A stretch of 64,000 bases of DNA from Nitrososphaerota archaeon. GTDB lineage: Archaea > Thermoproteota > Nitrososphaeria_A > Caldarchaeales > Calditenuaceae. Under the pieces are notes generated by a model that was not told where the DNA came from, did no database searches, and saw only the letters and a list, made by a program, of their open reading frames with translations. Of the stretch, positions 37,459-47,265 are shown piece by piece. Both the position numbers and the translations under genes were made by a program. The stretch's first letter is position 1, and each line of letters opens with the position of its first letter. The stretch spans positions 1,344,001-1,408,000 of the forward strand of contig JBEPYO010000001.1 of NCBI GenBank assembly GCA_041641295.1, in the 5' to 3' direction.

Positions 37459-39552
37459 TTAGGGTACGAATTGGGCTGAGAATCTCGGCAGCACCACGGC
37501 GAAGAACTCTATGAGCCCTGCTAGGAGGATTGGCGCGCCGAAGCCAAGCGATATGCCTGCAGCGAGGGGGATGACGTATGACTCGAATCTTCTCACACCT
37601 ATGGTCCTGATCAGTACCACCTTTATTATCAGGGCCACTAGGCCTGATAGCCAAGTCCATATCAGGCCCACTGCCATGCTCATGGTTAGCGAGGTTGGGT
37701 CGATGAAGAACCATGCAAACCTTGACCTCAGGAACCAGACGACGGCTACAATTATGATTCCGATAAGTCCGTAGGTGAGGCCTGGTACCCAGTCTGTCGC
37801 ACCTACTGGGACGTAAGATGTTCCTCCTATGAAGTTGCTGAATTTCATGCCGGATGTCCATGCCCATGCATTAGAGTTCGCAAGACCTCCAGCGTGGTTG
37901 AGAAGCCATATTCTCCACACGTACCCAAACACCACGCCAATCGCTATGATCGTTGAAGCAGCCACTAGGGCGTCTCGGACATTGGTGCCTGTCTCTCTGG
38001 CAATCTTGTAATATGTCACGGCGGCTCCTGGCCCGAAGCCGTTGACCCTGAGAGTCCATGTATTGTTGAATGGGATTGTGAGTATGCCTGTGGCGAAGAG
38101 CCCGAAGTTTGTGGTTCCGGTTGTTGGTACAGTTGCAGGCCAATATCCCAGCGCGACGCCCAGTGGGAAGATGTAGGTGCCCACTCCTCCGTTGTTCGCG
38201 AAGTCGTCTACGTGCCACCACATCGTCGCGGTTACTCTCGCCAGAGCAGTCCAGTAGATGTATGCAAACACCACCATTGCTAATGCAATGATGAATGGAA
38301 CCCCGGATGCCGTAAAGAGGGCTAGAATCGCTATGGTAACTATTAATCCAAACCATGCGATAGATCTTGTAGATAGTCCATACTCGTCTTCAGATCTTCC
38401 TCTTAATGCGCGGGCAAGATCCATGAATCGTGATCTGAGCGTTATCAAAGTGATTATGCCTAGCCCCACCATCATTCCTAGTATTCCTACGTGTCTGTAT
38501 GGGAATGGGAACCAGTTGGCTGGAATGTCCTCCCAGTTCCAGAGGAACTCCATTCCGGGGTTGTAGGGCAGTGCCCCGCTTATGACGCCGATCCACTGAT
38601 AGAGGAGGCCAAAGACGACATATGCTAGTACGGCCGTTATGAGTAGATTGTTTGGCAGCAATAGCCAGAGCGCCACTTGGTCGACCTGGAATACACCCTT
38701 TGCCATTGCGCCTGGCATTATCGATGGAAGCCCGAAGATCAGTATTGGTTGCTCTCCCCAAGCGAATGCTCCGAAGACAGCTAACGGTGGAACAATCTCG
38801 CCAAACACGGGTATGAGCGAGGCTATCAGACCTATGAAGAAAGCCACCCAGAACACTCTAAGAGTTGGCTCTTGCAATCGGAACCATCTCGACTTATTCG
38901 TAGCCGGATCAATGTCGGACGCGTTTCGTATCATGTAAATCATCGGGATTGAGAGCGGGAAGATAAGGCGCTCTACATCAACCCATCTTCTCCCCCAAAC
39001 GCCGAACCCGAGGAAGAGGGCCAGATAGTACATTAGAATTGTGTAGAGCGACCAGTAAATTATCGGCGGAAGGAACTCGCCCCAGAGGATTTGCTGGCCT
39101 GGCGTCAACCCTGTCTGCCAAGCAGCAATCATTGTGGGATCCTTTGGAAACATCCAGGGGGGAGTCATCATCCGCCAATACTCCCCAGTGGTCGGGTCGT
39201 TCATCCCAGCACCAACCGATACGATCGTCTTCTCTATGTAGCCTGAAAGAGCCTCGCCACCGCTCAAGGCACCCTTCGGATAGTACTTTATGCTGTTAAC
39301 AAGGGCGAGCGCTGGGAAGATGCATACGAGCTCCTGTGCAGTTAGCCTGAGCCGTGGATTGGCGCGGCCTATCAGCTCGTTGAGTAGTACGATGTAGATG
39401 AAGGGGAGCCAGAAGGCGTTGATTGTGCCGGTCTTCGACGTGTATAGCCATGTCATGTCGCCTATTGCTTGGGCAACGATCACCAAGATTGCGCCGATTA
39501 ATATGGACCTTGCGGTTAATCCTCTTATAACGGAAGGTGGTTGTGCGCTCAT
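37459..39552 (-). CDS. Polytopic OPT-like (DUF6785-type) putative peptide transporter
   Basis: GLTARSILIG, LTAQEL, RRWVDVERLIFPL, WFLRSRFAWFFIDP and IKVVLIRTIG; about 16 TMs. Confidence 0.72.
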   Translation of the reverse strand: MSAQPPSVIRGLTARSILIGAILVIVAQAIGDMTWLYTSKTGTINAFWLPFIYIVLLNELIGRANPRLRLTAQELVCIFPALALVNSIKYYPKGALSGGEALSGYIEKTIVSVGAGMNDPTTGEYWRMMTPPWMFPKDPTMIAAWQTGLTPGQQILWGEFLPPIIYWSLYTILMYYLALFLGFGVWGRRWVDVERLIFPLSIPMIYMIRNASDIDPATNKSRWFRLQEPTLRVFWVAFFIGLIASLIPVFGEIVPPLAVFGAFAWGEQPILIFGLPSIMPGAMAKGVFQVDQVALWLLLPNNLLITAVLAYVVFGLLYQWIGVISGALPYNPGMEFLWNWEDIPANWFPFPYRHVGILGMMVGLGIITLITLRSRFMDLARALRGRSEDEYGLSTRSIAWFGLIVTIAILALFTASGVPFIIALAMVVFAYIYWTALARVTATMWWHVDDFANNGGVGTYIFPLGVALGYWPATVPTTGTTNFGLFATGILTIPFNNTWTLRVNGFGPGAAVTYYKIARETGTNVRDALVAASTIIAIGVVFGYVWRIWLLNHAGGLANSNAWAWTSGMKFSNFIGGTSYVPVGATDWVPGLTYGLIGIIIVAVVWFLRSRFAWFFIDPTSLTMSMAVGLIWTWLSGLVALIIKVVLIRTIGVRRFESYVIPLAAGISLGFGAPILLAGLIEFFAVVLPRFSAQFVP

Positions 39553-39673
39553 TTTCTCGGTTAAGGATGCAATTTACTTTTATATAAATCTTACTTGCAA
39601 TCAATTTAAATGGGGTTGCTTATCTTGCGGATAAATCTATAAAAAGGGCTATATGGATTGAAATGTAACTGAT

Positions 39674-41581
39674 TTGGTGACGGAGCTGAAAGAGGCTCAG
39701 CCCTCCGAAGAATTAGAATATGGTATTTCGTGGAGGGTGATTCTAGCAATTTTAACCGCTGCTGTCCTGTTCATACCCGTATCACTTTACCTTAACCTCA
39801 TATCTGGTGCACTCTCCCCAGCTATTGCAGTTACGATAATAGCGATACTCTTCGCGGAGCTTACAAGATTTTTTGGAACACCACTGAGAAAGCAGGAGTT
39901 ATTCGTCATTTACAGCAGCGTTGCAGTCATGTCTTCTACTCTTCCCCCCTACTACTGGTTAGTCTATAGGACGTTCTATGTCACCACGCCTATTACCCAA
40001 TATTTCTTGATTGATGGAACCCCTATTAACCAGCTAGTTCCTACGTGGCTGGCGCCACCTACCTTCTCGCCTGTCTACCAGCTCAGAACACTCCTTCACC
40101 CCGATTGGGTCTCAGCGTTAATCGTGACTGGGCTTTCATTCGCCCTGCTGGCCATGGCGGAGATCGGCCTAGCAATCATGTTCACATACATATTCGTCAA
40201 AGAGGAGAAGCTGAGGTATCCGTTAGCGCACGTTGAGGCGTCTCTAATAAATGTCCTAATAGAGAGAAAGGAGCAGCAGATGTCCATATACATTCTTGGC
40301 ATCCTCACAGGTGTTATCTACGCTTTCATGACCTATGCAGGTTTCCTGTTTGGTGTCCCTCTCCTCCCAATACCTTGGTTCGACTTTGTCTGGCTTACCG
40401 AGAAGTATATTCCCGGAGCACTGGTCGGAATTGCCACAGACCCATTCACGCTAGGACTAGGTATGGTCCTTCCAATCAAAGTCGCAGTATCAACCCTAAT
40501 CGGATCTACAGCAATCTGGATTGTAGCCAATACAATCTTCACCTCTTCACCCAACTTCTTCCCTCTCTGGTTCTCAGAATACTACAAGGGAATGACCATA
40601 GGCTCAATATATCAGAGGTCCTTCCAGAGGATATGGATTAGTCCACAATTCGGCTTCATAATAGGTATCGCCATTGCATTGATCCTCGCATATCATAAAA
40701 CCTTCTCAAGGAGTCTGAGGCTCTTCGCATCCGCAGTTATCAGGCCGCGGGAGGCAGACCTTCCCCTAAGATTCTCACTAATTCTATTTCTATTCTCATC
40801 CCTTGGATCAGTTGTCCTATTCCTGGTGCTGGTCCCTGGTTTTCCAGCATGGGTAGCCCTCCTCACCTCGGTCGGGCTTAGCTTTTTCATAGCGATGATC
40901 GCAGCCAGATCCTTCGGAGAGGTGGGATATTTCCCGGCAATACCTTGGCCCTGGCAGGTCATCGTCTATTTCACCCCCTATAAAGGTTATGCCGGGTGGG
41001 TCTACTCGCCCTACATCAACTTGGGATATACGGGATATCTGACCCAGCTGGGAAAGGTCAGCTACCTCACCTCCACGCGCCCAACACACTACTTCATAGG
41101 CGTCGCAGCAGCCTTCGCACTGGTCGGTATAGTAGGACTAATAGCCATGGACTTTTTCTGGCGACTTTCACCAATCCCGTCGAATGTCTATCCGATCACG
41201 ATGATTTACTGGCCGATATACGCGACTAATGACAGCCTATTCGCAACGCGGCAGATCGCTGTGATACCAGAGCACCTCGGAATAGGAGCCCTGTCAGCAC
41301 TTGGGATAGTATCCCTCGAGGTCTTGTTCCAAAGGATTGGCCTGGCTTTCCCAACATTCCCCATAGTGCTTGGGTTCTTTATACTCCCACCATACGCACT
41401 CACAATACTAATCGGCTCTCTATTAGCCAACCTCGTCATCTCAAGATCTTTCGGTAGGGAGAGGTGGGAGTCTATGAAAAACTTCTTCATAGCGGGATTC
41501 TTCTCGGGGCTTGGCATAACGGTGGGCGTTGGAATTTCGTTTACTCTACTTTCAAAGGCTTCATGGATATGGCCTTGGTGA
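39674..41581 (+). CDS. OPT/YSL-like oligopeptide transporter
   Basis: GISWRVILA, FAELTR...LRKQELFVIY, EEKLRYPLAHV and WRLSPIPSNVYP; about 16 TMs; divergent from its paralog-like neighbour. Confidence 0.75.
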   Translation: MVTELKEAQPSEELEYGISWRVILAILTAAVLFIPVSLYLNLISGALSPAIAVTIIAILFAELTRFFGTPLRKQELFVIYSSVAVMSSTLPPYYWLVYRTFYVTTPITQYFLIDGTPINQLVPTWLAPPTFSPVYQLRTLLHPDWVSALIVTGLSFALLAMAEIGLAIMFTYIFVKEEKLRYPLAHVEASLINVLIERKEQQMSIYILGILTGVIYAFMTYAGFLFGVPLLPIPWFDFVWLTEKYIPGALVGIATDPFTLGLGMVLPIKVAVSTLIGSTAIWIVANTIFTSSPNFFPLWFSEYYKGMTIGSIYQRSFQRIWISPQFGFIIGIAIALILAYHKTFSRSLRLFASAVIRPREADLPLRFSLILFLFSSLGSVVLFLVLVPGFPAWVALLTSVGLSFFIAMIAARSFGEVGYFPAIPWPWQVIVYFTPYKGYAGWVYSPYINLGYTGYLTQLGKVSYLTSTRPTHYFIGVAAAFALVGIVGLIAMDFFWRLSPIPSNVYPITMIYWPIYATNDSLFATRQIAVIPEHLGIGALSALGIVSLEVLFQRIGLAFPTFPIVLGFFILPPYALTILIGSLLANLVISRSFGRERWESMKNFFIAGFFSGLGITVGVGISFTLLSKASWIWPW

Positions 41582-41615
41582 CTCAAAACATTATATTCCC
41601 CCTCTCAAAAGGTGA

Positions 41616-42410
41616 ATGGGTGTGAAGCTCTCTTGCCAAGATAACCTAGTGCCGGGCGGCACACTAGCTGAGAAGCTTGAGAACCTAGAGAAGTTAGGAT
41701 TTAGCGGCATAGAGCTCTGGGGTCGACCGCAATTGGGAGAGAAGATAAGAGAGGTGAGGGAGGTGTTAGCCTCCTATAAGGTGAAGCCCTCAGTTATTTG
41801 CGCCGGGTATGGCGGCGACCTTCTCAGTCCAGACAAAGACGCGAGGACAAAGGCGGTTGAGGATATTGTCCAGAGGCTTGAATGGGCAGGAGTGATTGGA
41901 GCTATTGGGGTTATATTTGTACCAACCTTTGGGGGCGCCAAGCTTCCTGATTTATCACCACTATACCAGAGTGTGGCGGAGCTCGAAAAGAAGCTACTAG
42001 TTGCCGAATGCAAGATTCTGGCTAAAAAGGGAGAGGAGCTCGGCGTGTGCGCCATTTTAGAGCCCCTCAACAGGTATGAGACACATCTCATAAATAGGCT
42101 TGAGCAGGGATTGGAAATCATCGAAGAAGTGGGCTCGGATGGTCTGAAATTAATGGCTGATTTCTTCCACATGAACATAGAGGAGAGCAGCATCTCGGAT
42201 GCCCTCTCACAAGCGTCAAGACACATAGTTCACGTACATTTAGCAGACAGCAACCGTCAGCTTCCCGGGTACGGACATACAGACTTCACTCCAATAAAGA
42301 CACTCCTTTCGAAAGGGTATGACAAGTATTTCTCTCTGGAGTGCAGAATAACTGGAGACCCCCTAGAGGAGCTGCGTAAATTTGTTAAATTCATTTCGCG
42401 GTACGGGTGA
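41616..42410 (+). CDS. Sugar phosphate isomerase/epimerase (ketose 3-epimerase/IolI-like)
   Basis: LEPLNRYE, DFFHMNIEE, HVHLADSNR...PGYGH and SLEC. Confidence 0.9.
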   Translation: MGVKLSCQDNLVPGGTLAEKLENLEKLGFSGIELWGRPQLGEKIREVREVLASYKVKPSVICAGYGGDLLSPDKDARTKAVEDIVQRLEWAGVIGAIGVIFVPTFGGAKLPDLSPLYQSVAELEKKLLVAECKILAKKGEELGVCAILEPLNRYETHLINRLEQGLEIIEEVGSDGLKLMADFFHMNIEESSISDALSQASRHIVHVHLADSNRQLPGYGHTDFTPIKTLLSKGYDKYFSLECRITGDPLEELRKFVKFISRYG

Positions 42411-42416
42411 GGCTAC

Positions 42417-43397
42417 ATGAAACCGTTAAGCGTAGTCTTAATCGGTTGCGGTGGCATAATGAATGTTCATGCGAAAAGTCTTGCATCATTAAAGGATGTT
42501 GCTCGGGTAGTGGCGTGCGTTGATGTTGTGCGTGACAAGGCGGTAGAATTCGCGAATAGGTTCGGGTGTAGCGCATACTCTGACCCTGTTAAAGCAGTCT
42601 CTGACACCAAACCAGATGCGGCATTAATAGCGGTACCGCCCAACGCGCACGGATTTGAGGAGGACATCTTGGAGCAGGGGGTTCACCTATTCATAGAGAA
42701 GCCGGTTGCGATAAACCTAGAAGTTGCCTCGAGAATACTCCGAAAGATTGAGAAAACAGGAGTCATCAACAGCGTGGGATATATGTGGAGATACCTTGAC
42801 GTGGTTCAGCTCGCGAAAAAAGAACTATCTGACCCCAAAGATATTGGGATGATTTATGGGCAGTATGTCTGGGCTGCTAACTTCCCTACAGGCCACTGGT
42901 GGTTAAAGAAGTCTGCGAGCGGTGGGCAGATAGTCGAGCAAGTAACACACACCATTGATCTTATAAGATATTTTGCCGGTGAGGCTGCCTCGGTTTACGC
43001 CAGGCTAGAGAGAAGGCTATCGAGAGATGACTCTATAGATGTTGAGGACTCATCCATAATTACCATCAGGCATAAAAGCGGCGTTCCATCGACTGTTGTA
43101 GCCACTTGGAAGAGCGTTAACACCATGCAGGATACTTTCCTGCGAATATTTGCAAGAGAGCTGGTTGTAGATATTGTCGGACATCAAAGAAAGGCTATAT
43201 TCTATAGGAATAATAGAGTTGAAGACCTGCGTAGCGCTGTTGACCCGTACCTCGAGGAGCTGAAGATATTTTTCGAGGCAGTTCGAAGCGGCGACCAGTC
43301 GCGTATACTTTCACCCTATTCAGACGCGTACAAGACACTCGAACTTACAATAATGGCTAATGAGTCTCATAGACTGGGCAAAATGATAGAGCTTTGA
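42417..43397 (+). CDS. Gfo/Idh/MocA family oxidoreductase
   Basis: IGCGGI, EKPVA, VGYMWRY and SGGQIVEQVTHTIDL. Confidence 0.92.
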   Translation: MKPLSVVLIGCGGIMNVHAKSLASLKDVARVVACVDVVRDKAVEFANRFGCSAYSDPVKAVSDTKPDAALIAVPPNAHGFEEDILEQGVHLFIEKPVAINLEVASRILRKIEKTGVINSVGYMWRYLDVVQLAKKELSDPKDIGMIYGQYVWAANFPTGHWWLKKSASGGQIVEQVTHTIDLIRYFAGEAASVYARLERRLSRDDSIDVEDSSIITIRHKSGVPSTVVATWKSVNTMQDTFLRIFARELVVDIVGHQRKAIFYRNNRVEDLRSAVDPYLEELKIFFEAVRSGDQSRILSPYSDAYKTLELTIMANESHRLGKMIEL

Positions 43398-45058
43398 GCG
43401 GCCGGCGAATAGAAAAGAAATACGCTGCCGCGCTGTGCTTCGTTCTTTTAGCCTATTGGCTCTTCAATAGCGATGTAATACCCATCCAGCCCACAGTAAT
43501 AGCCTCTTTACCCCCAAACAAGCCCTATTTTCTAGACGTTACGCAAGACGCTGGCCTTTATGTGAAAGTTGTCGACGACTCTGAGATTTTCTGGATTCCA
43601 GGTGTAGGGAGTTGTTGGGGTGACTATGACAGGGATGGAGACTTGGACGTCTACATTGTGGGCTGGAACGCCCCGGGCAGGCTCTTCCGCAACGAGGGTA
43701 AATTCAAGTTTGAAGATGTGACGAGTGAGGCTGGACTATTAGTTAAAGAACTGAGTCAAAAAGGGATGTCTTGTACTTGGTCCGACTATGACAACAGCGG
43801 ATACCCATCCCTACTTGTAACCTTTTATGACTCGCCATATGGCAATGTACACCTGTTTAAAAATCTGGGGAATGGCAAATTCAGTCTGGTAACTCGCGAG
43901 GCTGGTCTATTGCATAATAGTGGGAAATATGCTGCAGGGGCTGCTTGGGGGGACGTAAACAGGGATGGGTGTTTAGACCTCTATATTGGATACTATGTTA
44001 ATCTCCGCTTAGTTAGAGGCGGTACAATTTTCGGTCAAGGAGCAGGTAACCAACTGTTCCTAAACAATTGTGATGGAACCTTTACAGAGTCTGCAGGCAT
44101 TTTCGGAGTCTTGGACTACGGCTACACATTCCAGCCCACTTTCATAGACTATGATAGAGATGGATTTTTAGACCTCTTCCTAGCTAATGACTTCGGCTAT
44201 ACCCGGCTTTACAGGAATGAGGAGGGTAGACGCTTTACCAGCGTCTCATCTAGTATGGGTGTCGAGAGGATAGGTCAGTGGATGGGTGTGGCGTACGGAG
44301 ACATAGACATGGATGGGTACTGGGACATCATAGTGACAAACTACGACGATAATATACTCCTAAAATACACGGGCTCCTACTTCAATGATATTGCACCTAG
44401 AGTAAGATTAACAGATCCCTACCAGGTTGGTTGGGGTGTATGCATACTCGACATCGATAATAACGGGCTCCTAGACGTTGTTATGGCTAATGGAAAAATA
44501 GGTGTAAGGACAGATAAGCCTCCCAACCAGATGAACAAGATATTCTATAACATTGGGCCATTTTTCTACGATGCTAGTTGGCAGGCCGGTGTGGCAAGAC
44601 ATGGCAACTTTCGCGGATTGACGTGTGTTGATGCAGACCTTGACGGCGGCGTCGACCTTTTATTCTACGACCTCTCGGGACACCCCATACTCTATAGAAA
44701 CGTTCTCTCAAATCATACAGGCAATCGTTGGGTTCAAATTAGGCTGGAGGGAAGTACTTGGCTTTGTGGCGCATGTACATATAAAACTAGTCGAGAAGCG
44801 GTAGGTGCTGTAGTAGAAATAGAAATCTTGGGAAGGGTCTACCGCCAGACTGTCGTGAAAGGAACCTCTTTTCTATCCGACAATGGTCCATGGTTATACT
44901 TTGGTCTGGGGATGGCTTCGCGTATTGATAGGCTTACAGTGTATTGGCCGAGCGGGATCGTCGAGGAATATAAAGACCTTCCAGCGAATAGTATCCTCTC
45001 CATAAAGGAGCAGGGAGGGTGTAGTGTAGTCGGGGGTCTCTTAGCGCATGAGGAATAG
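43394..45058 (+). CDS. CRTAC1/UnbV-like protein (FG-GAP repeats + ASPIC/UnbV domain), N-terminally anchored
   Basis: Repeated DxDxDGxxD motifs (DYDRDGDLD, DVNRDGCLD, DYDRDGFLD, DIDMDGYWD, DIDNNGLLD); C-terminal AVGAVV...SFLS...LYFGLG...VYWPSG. Confidence 0.88.
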   Translation: MSGRRIEKKYAAALCFVLLAYWLFNSDVIPIQPTVIASLPPNKPYFLDVTQDAGLYVKVVDDSEIFWIPGVGSCWGDYDRDGDLDVYIVGWNAPGRLFRNEGKFKFEDVTSEAGLLVKELSQKGMSCTWSDYDNSGYPSLLVTFYDSPYGNVHLFKNLGNGKFSLVTREAGLLHNSGKYAAGAAWGDVNRDGCLDLYIGYYVNLRLVRGGTIFGQGAGNQLFLNNCDGTFTESAGIFGVLDYGYTFQPTFIDYDRDGFLDLFLANDFGYTRLYRNEEGRRFTSVSSSMGVERIGQWMGVAYGDIDMDGYWDIIVTNYDDNILLKYTGSYFNDIAPRVRLTDPYQVGWGVCILDIDNNGLLDVVMANGKIGVRTDKPPNQMNKIFYNIGPFFYDASWQAGVARHGNFRGLTCVDADLDGGVDLLFYDLSGHPILYRNVLSNHTGNRWVQIRLEGSTWLCGACTYKTSREAVGAVVEIEILGRVYRQTVVKGTSFLSDNGPWLYFGLGMASRIDRLTVYWPSGIVEEYKDLPANSILSIKEQGGCSVVGGLLAHEE

Positions 45059-46385
45059 CAATGCTCAGACAAGCAGTGTAGTGCTTCATTGGCTTCAGGA
45101 TCTTAACTCAGATGGCCTGCTAAACGCGGTCGCGTTAACTGCCTTCGTGGCGCAAACACTTCATATGATCGAGCACAGCGTCCAGATGTATCAACACGTG
45201 GTACTTGGTTTACCAACAAAGCTTGCAAATGGTCTATTATTCTTCCTAGACTTGGAGTGGAACCACTTCATCTTCAACGCATTATACCTAGTATTTCTCG
45301 CTATAATACTCGTCAGAATGAGGTTATGGTCCCTAATAAGGCTAGATAAAGAAGCCATTATCCCAAACATCTTCATCGCAGGATTCGCCATTCAATCATA
45401 TCATCTCGTAGAACACACGTATAGAATGTATGAGTTTCTCACCATAGGATGCACCCCATGCACAGGAATATTAGGAAAATTTTTCAACATGGTTCACTTC
45501 CACTTCCTCCTCAACGTTGCAGCGTACCTGCCTATACTGCTTCTAATAATAAAAAGCGGTGTATTCAAACAGCTTTTTTACCTTACGGGTGAAAACCAGG
45601 TAAAACAGAGCCTATGGGAGGAGACTCTTAAATCTCCGGCTCTGATGTTGACGTTAATACTGTTGTATGGTACTTATACTGGATACGGTGTAGACATCTA
45701 CCTACTAGGCTTAACAATCTTCACTGCGGTTGGTGTATCGTTATTTATCTCAATATTTGAGGGTGGGTTGTACAGGAACATGCTTGATGCGCTCACAATA
45801 TCTATACTGACTGTCATGTGTATAAACATGTCGTATGTTAGTGCGCTGGCCATAGTTCTGGTAAGCCTATTTTCGGCGCGGGTGTTGTCTGGGGAGAGAA
45901 AACTTAGGCTGAACCATATAGCATTTTCATTTACCCTAATACTTCTCCTCTCTTCACCTTCACTCGCAGCTTCTAGGTGGGGGACATACAACCTCTACAC
46001 CTTTTTCACATTACTTCTAGTCTTAGGTTTCTCGAGAGCTGCGTTTACAAAAACAATTGACCTTGTTCTGGCCTACATATTTTCTTGGATAGTTCTCTTT
46101 ATCCCCTTTCAGCTGTCGCAGCTAGAGGCGCCCCTCACGGATATACTACTGATCATACCATCCTCAGCCTTCAAACTATTTACTAATCCCTTGCTAAGCC
46201 TCATAGCCTTCTTTATTCTCCCCCTCCCTAATACTTTCCCGACGAGTAAGTGGCGTATAGCCTATCCCGCGGCCAGTGCGACGCTTTCTTTCGCATTATC
46301 ACAAGTTGTGCCGGTTGATATAGCCGCCTTCGCCGGCATAATGCTTTCAAATATTTCCTACATCATAATCAGTCGAGCCCACTGA
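45048..46385 (+). CDS. Polytopic membrane protein: His-rich duplicated N-terminal domain plus RnfD/UnbU-like C-terminal domain
   Basis: QTLHMIEH...EWNHF and QSYHLVEH...HFHF repeats; C-terminal LNHIAF and FILPLPNTFP resemble degenerate NP and DPxTxP motifs. Overlaps the UnbV-like gene stop. Confidence 0.6.
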   Translation: MRNSNAQTSSVVLHWLQDLNSDGLLNAVALTAFVAQTLHMIEHSVQMYQHVVLGLPTKLANGLLFFLDLEWNHFIFNALYLVFLAIILVRMRLWSLIRLDKEAIIPNIFIAGFAIQSYHLVEHTYRMYEFLTIGCTPCTGILGKFFNMVHFHFLLNVAAYLPILLLIIKSGVFKQLFYLTGENQVKQSLWEETLKSPALMLTLILLYGTYTGYGVDIYLLGLTIFTAVGVSLFISIFEGGLYRNMLDALTISILTVMCINMSYVSALAIVLVSLFSARVLSGERKLRLNHIAFSFTLILLLSSPSLAASRWGTYNLYTFFTLLLVLGFSRAAFTKTIDLVLAYIFSWIVLFIPFQLSQLEAPLTDILLIIPSSAFKLFTNPLLSLIAFFILPLPNTFPTSKWRIAYPAASATLSFALSQVVPVDIAAFAGIMLSNISYIIISRAH

Positions 46386-46412
46386 TTGCCCCTAGGTGTT
46401 AAATGCTATTTT

Positions 46413-47165
46413 TCATTTCTTATTTTCTTGGTCTTCGCCAACCTCTATTTCGCCTACCCTAACTCTAACCGCGCCTCTCTCCTCCTCCCTCTCTATCTTT
46501 CCGTCGCGTATCCACAGGATGCGGTCAGATACATCGATCATTTTTAAGTCGTGGGTAGCTGCTATTACTGTTACTTTCCTCTTCAAGTTCAGGTCTTTTA
46601 GTAGATCAATTATTTGCCGCCCTGTCTTAAGGTCTAGGTTTCCAGTCGGCTCATCGGCTAGTATTATGCTGGGGTCGTTGGCTAGCGCTCTTGCGACTGC
46701 GACTCTTTGCTGCTGGCCACCTGAGAGCTCCATGGGCCTGTGATGCAGCCTGTCGCCAAGTCCGACTGTCTCGAGGAGTTCTTTAGCCTTTTTAAATCTC
46801 TCTTCACGTGGGACGCCTGCAAAAATCATCGGGAGCATAACATTTTCCAGAGCCGTTAGAGTGGGTATCAGGTTGAATGTCTGGAAGATGTAGCCGATCT
46901 TCCTATTTCTAAGCCAAGCCAGCTCGTAAGAGTCTAGCTTCGAGATGTCTACTCCGTCTACATAGACTGTCCCCTCGGTGGGCTTGTCCAATCCTCCGAT
47001 CATGTTGAATAGTGTGGTCTTTCCCGAACCTGAGGGGCCCATGATAGAGATGTATTCGCCGCGATAGATCTTGAGATCAACACCGTCTAGTGCTACTACG
47101 TCCACCTTTCCCAGCTTATAGATCTTCTTCAACCCCTCCGTCTCTACGACCACTTCTCTTGACAT
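46413..47165 (-). CDS. ABC ATPase, LolD/MacB type
   Basis: GPSGSGKTT, GLDKPTEG, IGYIFQTFNL, LSGGQQQRVAVARAL, ADEPTGNLD and ATHD. Confidence 0.95.
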   Translation of the reverse strand: MSREVVVETEGLKKIYKLGKVDVVALDGVDLKIYRGEYISIMGPSGSGKTTLFNMIGGLDKPTEGTVYVDGVDISKLDSYELAWLRNRKIGYIFQTFNLIPTLTALENVMLPMIFAGVPREERFKKAKELLETVGLGDRLHHRPMELSGGQQQRVAVARALANDPSIILADEPTGNLDLKTGRQIIDLLKDLNLKRKVTVIAATHDLKMIDVSDRILWIRDGKIEREEERGAVRVRVGEIEVGEDQENKK

Positions 47166-47265
47166 CCAGCAGACCGTTGTGCAGAGTCGTTATATAAGCA
47201 TATCTGCTGAAGTATTCATACTCAGACATTGAGAGAGATTTCAGTCAAATGAGGGTGTAGCGGAT

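Noticed and set aside
47207-47225. TGAAGTATTCATACTCA as another copy of the ECF operator
   Set aside because: Spacing and arms differ from the 6-2-6 palindrome; it could be chance in an AT-rich promoter.
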